Shown here piece after piece: positions 61,339 through 64,000 of a stretch of 64,000 nt of DNA. The translations under genes and the position numbers were made by a program. The notes beneath the pieces are model-generated. The model saw only the letters and a list, made by a program, of their open reading frames with translations. It was not told the DNA's origin and did not search any database. How positions within the stretch are numbered: the stretch's first letter is position 1; the number at the start of each line of letters is the position of its first letter. Source of the stretch: Candidatus Pacearchaeota archaeon (GTDB lineage Archaea; Nanobdellota; Nanobdellia; Pacearchaeales; GW2011-AR1); NCBI GenBank assembly GCA_023136775.1, contig JAGLQO010000018.1:20452-84451 (forward strand), read 5' to 3'.

Positions 61339-61626
61339 TCATCTTCTTTTTCCCATGAAGAAATGGAAAAATCCAAGAGAAATTATGAAAGAAATTAGAA
61401 TTGTTAAAATGTAAGTTTCGCTTAGAGAAGTTGTATATCCAAGATATTCTGTGATGGTTCCAAGAGTGTGAATCTTGTCTGGATTAAGAGAACAAAGCGT
61501 CCAAGAATATATTGGATTTGGAACTCCTGGTGCTGTTCTACATGGAATAATTGGAATAAAAATTGATGTAATTAATGTGGCTGCGGATATAACCCCTGAG
61601 TACATAACCTTCTTTTTTAATTGCAT
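61339..61626 (-). CDS. Small two-TM membrane protein (95 aa)
   Basis: Hydrophobic helices GVISAATLITSIFIPII and YILTILISFIISLGFFHFF. No homolog recognised. Confidence 0.4.
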   Translation of the reverse strand: MQLKKKVMYSGVISAATLITSIFIPIIPCRTAPGVPNPIYSWTLCSLNPDKIHTLGTITEYLGYTTSLSETYILTILISFIISLGFFHFFMGKRR

Positions 61627-61730
61627 GATTCTATTGAATATTCAAAGTTTATAACTTTTTTGTCAAAGCTTAGAATATAATATCAGTAAAATTAAACTTT
61701 TTTATTGATATTTTGACATAAATTTAAACA

Positions 61731-61948
61731 AGTGTTTGGACACTATCCACGTGTTAACTGGTGTTAAAACAGTCTAAAACGGGTGTTTGGACGGGTGTTT
61801 GAATATTAGTTTGTTAAATATAATAATTTACGGTGTTTATCGACGATAAAAAGTGGTGTTTAATGATTAAACAGTGGGTGTTTAGACGGGTGTTTTCTGT
61901 TAATTTTTAGGTGTTTTTGGTGTTTGGACGGGTGTGGCTGTCCAAACA
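61731..61948 (+). repeat. Iteron-like array: 12 GTGTT-core motifs (mostly GGTGTTT), all on one strand, ending in an inverted repeat
   Basis: Motif starts at 61732, 61750, 61760, 61783, 61794, 61832, 61855, 61877, 61888, 61910, 61919 and 61931. TGTTTGGAC-N9-GTCCAAACA spans 61921-61948. Confidence 0.85.
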
Positions 61949-62587
61949 GTGCGAAAGTTTTATAAAGAAAATAGATTAGATATTACTAAGATGTTAGGAT
62001 TGTTTGGACACAAAAAGAGGCTTAATGCACTTAAATCTGAAGTACATGATTCATTTGGAAATGTAAAAAGAGACTTCAATAAAGTTGGAGAATGGATTAA
62101 ACATCTCGACGATAAACACGCTTCTCATAAGGATGAAATTAGCAATATTAAAGATCAACTTTTGACTATCCAAGATGATTTAATGGAGATAAAAGATTTC
62201 ATAACTTTCTTTGGTCCACAGATATCCAAGAACTTGTCCAAACAAACTCAAACAAACACTATTAAACAAACACCTCATGGCTTTGTCCAAACAGGTGTTC
62301 AAACGGCTGTTCAAACAGACATTTTAAGTAATCTTACTGTGATGGAGAGAGCTATTGTATGGGCATTATTAAATTCAGAGATGAAACTTAGCTATGAGGA
62401 TTTGGCTGCTTTGCTTGGTAAAGATAAAAGTACCATTAGGGGTCAAATCAATACTATAAAACAAAAAAATGAATTAATTATAATGGAAGCTATAGAGGCA
62501 ACTGGCAAGAAAAGATTGTATATACCTGCAGATATTAGAGCAAGGATAGTAAAAAGCGTAAAGGTTAAGGTAAAAGGTCAAAAATAG
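61934..62587 (+). CDS. Coiled-coil / Gln-Thr linker / C-terminal winged-helix protein (candidate iteron-binding protein)
   Basis: C-terminal LTVMERAIVWALLNSEMKLSYEDLAALLGKDKSTIRGQINTIKQK is MarR/wHTH-like. GTG start at 61934, first ATG at 61991. The upstream GGTGTTT array overlaps the 5-prime end. Confidence 0.6.
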   Translation: MAVQTVRKFYKENRLDITKMLGLFGHKKRLNALKSEVHDSFGNVKRDFNKVGEWIKHLDDKHASHKDEISNIKDQLLTIQDDLMEIKDFITFFGPQISKNLSKQTQTNTIKQTPHGFVQTGVQTAVQTDILSNLTVMERAIVWALLNSEMKLSYEDLAALLGKDKSTIRGQINTIKQKNELIIMEAIEATGKKRLYIPADIRARIVKSVKVKVKGQK

Positions 62588-62600
62588 ATAAAAATACCTA

Positions 62601-62877
62601 AAAAGTGAGAGCTAAGTGTATAAATTTGCCTAAAAAAGCAGTAAAATTTTGGCAAAAATTGCTATAATATAATAAAAGAGAAAAAGTGAGAGCTAAAATT
62701 GGGTCCATTTTGGAGAAAAGTGAGACCAATTATATATTACATTCAAAAAAAACTAGCCTAAATAAAAAAAGATTTAGGGTTTTAAGAGAAATTAAAATCT
62801 TACCAAAAAAGGTGAGAAATACATACTTAGCATGTTTCAATGGATGAAAATCTAAAGATTTCCTGGAAAAGTGATAG
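62601..62877 (-). repeat. Array of five AAAAGTGAGA motifs, the reverse complement of the 59595-59778 array
   Basis: Copies at 62601 (AAAAGTGAGAG), 62682, 62717, 62807 (AAAAGGTGAGAA) and 62867 (AAAAGTGATAG). Confidence 0.85.
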
Positions 62878-62901
62878 TAATAAGTGGTAATCAATAATCG
62901 G

Positions 62902-62915
62902 TTAACCGAATAACT
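62902..62915 (+). repeat. Right copy of the 14-bp direct repeat TTAACCGAATAACT
   Basis: See 59464-59477. Confidence 0.9.
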
Positions 62916-63300
62916 ATTATTTCTGTAATATTCCGTGTAAAAAAACGATTAGATATATCTGTAAATTTTTATTTTATCGTCGATAAAACTTAATTTTCTT
63001 TAATTTTTATGTTTTTAACCTTGGTTAATATTTTTGAAAAAACTCCTTCACTTTACCTAATGTGTGTGACTTTGTTTGAAAAATAATAAGTCTTAATGAT
63101 TATTTTGGATTGATTTTATAGAACTTTATTGGGAAAATTTGTATATTATTGTAGCTTTGCTAGTAAATTAGCTCATAAATTAATTTTGGGTTAAGGATGA
63201 TTAAAAATTGAAAAAAATGCCGTGAAATGCCGTGAAAATCATCTAGAATATGGTTTTTGAAGTGAGCTACGGTATTAAAATGAGTTAATAATTACTCTAA

Positions 63301-63436
63301 ATTGTAGCTAAAGTAACTTTAAAGTAAAGTTTCATCGAGCTATAATCCTCTTAATGTTTGAATTGTAGCTAAAGTAGCATTTTTAAATGTTTCAAATATC
63401 TACAAACTTCGCAGACTCTGAATTGTAGCTAAAGTA
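63301..63436. repeat. Three copies of ATTGTAGCTAAAGTA spaced 60-61 bp apart
   Basis: Copies at 63301-63315, 63362-63376 and 63422-63436. The last lies inside the 3-prime end of CDS 63400..64000. A tandem TGCCGTGAAA x2 sits at 63218-63237. Confidence 0.9.
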
Positions 63437-64000
63437 GCTATTTTTTTTAGATCTGTTGACACTTTTAGTAGGATTGTTTTGTTATTCTGTCTTATTTTGT
63501 CTATTGGTATTCCTTTGTTTATTAATTTATTAATATAATCTCTAATTGAAGATTCACTTAATTTAATTTTATTTGCTAATGTTTTATATGTAATTTCTTC
63601 AAATTTTTGTTCCTCTAATGTATAAAGATGGCTAAATACTAGCATTTCTTGTGGGGTCAATCGTTTAAACTTTAATCTTATTCCTTTTTTGATATTATCA
63701 AGGGATTCTAATATGTTATTTGCTTGTTTAAAGTCTGATTCTAATGCATAATCTACCAAATCCTGTGTCTGTTGATGTGTTTGTTTGTCTGTATGTTTGT
63801 CTGTTGGAACCCCCCTATTTCCTATGGAACTATTAGAATTTACATGGTATGGGTTCTGTACGCTATGATTATGTGTTGGAGTTGTCTGATTATGTGTCTG
63901 AATGTCTGTTTGTTGGCGTATATTTGAAATATTATGTGTTGGAGTTGTCTGATTATGTGTTGATATATCTTTAATTTGTAATCTAAGACTAGAAATTTCT
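63400..64000 (-). CDS. Paralog of 61934..62587, 5-prime end outside the window (coiled-coil / Gln-Thr-His linker / wHTH)
   Basis: The track starts at TTG 63759, but my read shows the frame open to the window edge (EISSLRLQIKDISTHNQTTPTHN...QTHQQTQDLVDYALE). C-terminal LTPQEMLVFSHLYTLEEQKFEEITYKTLANKIKLSESSIRDYINKLINKG is a wHTH. Confidence 0.6.
   Translation of the reverse strand, partial: EISSLRLQIKDISTHNQTTPTHNISNIRQQTDIQTHNQTTPTHNHSVQNPYHVNSNSSIGNRGVPTDKHTDKQTHQQTQDLVDYALESDFKQANNILESLDNIKKGIRLKFKRLTPQEMLVFSHLYTLEEQKFEEITYKTLANKIKLSESSIRDYINKLINKGIPIDKIRQNNKTILLKVSTDLKKIATLATIQSLRSL

Larger units (their letters stand above)
59464..62915. mobile_element. Candidate ~3.45-kb integrated or mobile module bounded by direct repeats, with subterminal inverted motif arrays
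   Basis: Layout is direct repeat, 5x CTCACTTTT, HNH gene, small membrane ORF, AT-rich spacer, GGTGTTT iterons, wHTH gene, 5x inverted motif, direct repeat. It abuts the tyrosine recombinase gene. No transposase is recognised inside, and host-type B/C modules occur inside, so mobility is unproven. Confidence 0.3.

Noticed and set aside
61731-61948. CRISPR or minisatellite interpretation of the GGTGTTT array and of the 60-bp units at 63301-63436
   Set aside because: The motifs are 7-11 bp with irregular 9-38-bp spacing (iteron-like). The 60-bp array has only three units with no spacer-like unique inserts of CRISPR type.
1-64000. Alternative genetic code (stop-codon reassignment), as seen in some small-genome lineages
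   Set aside because: Long ORFs close with all three stops in sensible positions: TAA at many genes, TAG at 8245-8247 and 63400-63402, and TGA at 9093-9095, 57346-57348 and 13959-13961. No recoding is needed.
57827-64000. Prophage or virus interpretation of the recombinase-proximal region
   Set aside because: No capsid, portal, terminase or polymerase-like genes are recognisable. The content (HNH, wHTH, iterons) fits a plasmid-like or small mobile module better, and even that is unproven.

Overview
AT-rich (about 30% G+C by eye), gene-dense window. It looks like a chromosome segment of a small-celled DPANN-type archaeon; a CPR bacterium is less likely. Support for archaeal origin: TATA-like boxes 25-30 nt upstream of several ATGs, a XerA-like recombinase, a MinD-like ATPase and sequon-laden surface proteins. 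All domain calls are motif recognition by eye; no searches were run.

Cell-envelope genes dominate:
- Two paralogous giant adhesin-like genes. One (1..7189, minus strand) runs off the left edge and is absent from the ORF track. The other (32965..43791) has 3608 codons.
- About a dozen further secreted or membrane-anchored beta-sandwich proteins, in translationally coupled minus-strand operons.
- Two paralogous operons built around an unusual fusion protein: signal or anchor, large ectodomain, TM helix, HerA/FtsK-type P-loop ATPase, a conserved roughly 60-aa C-terminal module, then a Lys/Pro tail. This is my best candidate for an undescribed system.

Other genes: MinD/ParA, ArsR-like and AbrB-like regulators, a HepT-MntA toxin-antitoxin pair, a COG1373-type AAA ATPase, a metallophosphoesterase, an anchored lipase-like hydrolase, a SpoIIM/DUF95-like membrane protein, a XerA-like tyrosine recombinase and an HNH endonuclease.

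Two non-coding signals stand out:
- Nearly every long intergenic spacer holds a mosaic of short conserved modules. These are hairpins with UNCG-type loops and compensatory stem changes, a GCTCRCGGATT core and a multi-stem 3-prime element. Of 26 module copies, 25 are on the plus strand regardless of gene orientation.
- The right-hand 5 kb (59.2-64 kb), next to the recombinase, is iteron-rich and plasmid- or mobile-element-like. A 14-bp direct repeat brackets inverted motif arrays, the HNH gene and a winged-helix gene.

No rRNA, tRNA or CRISPR array was found.
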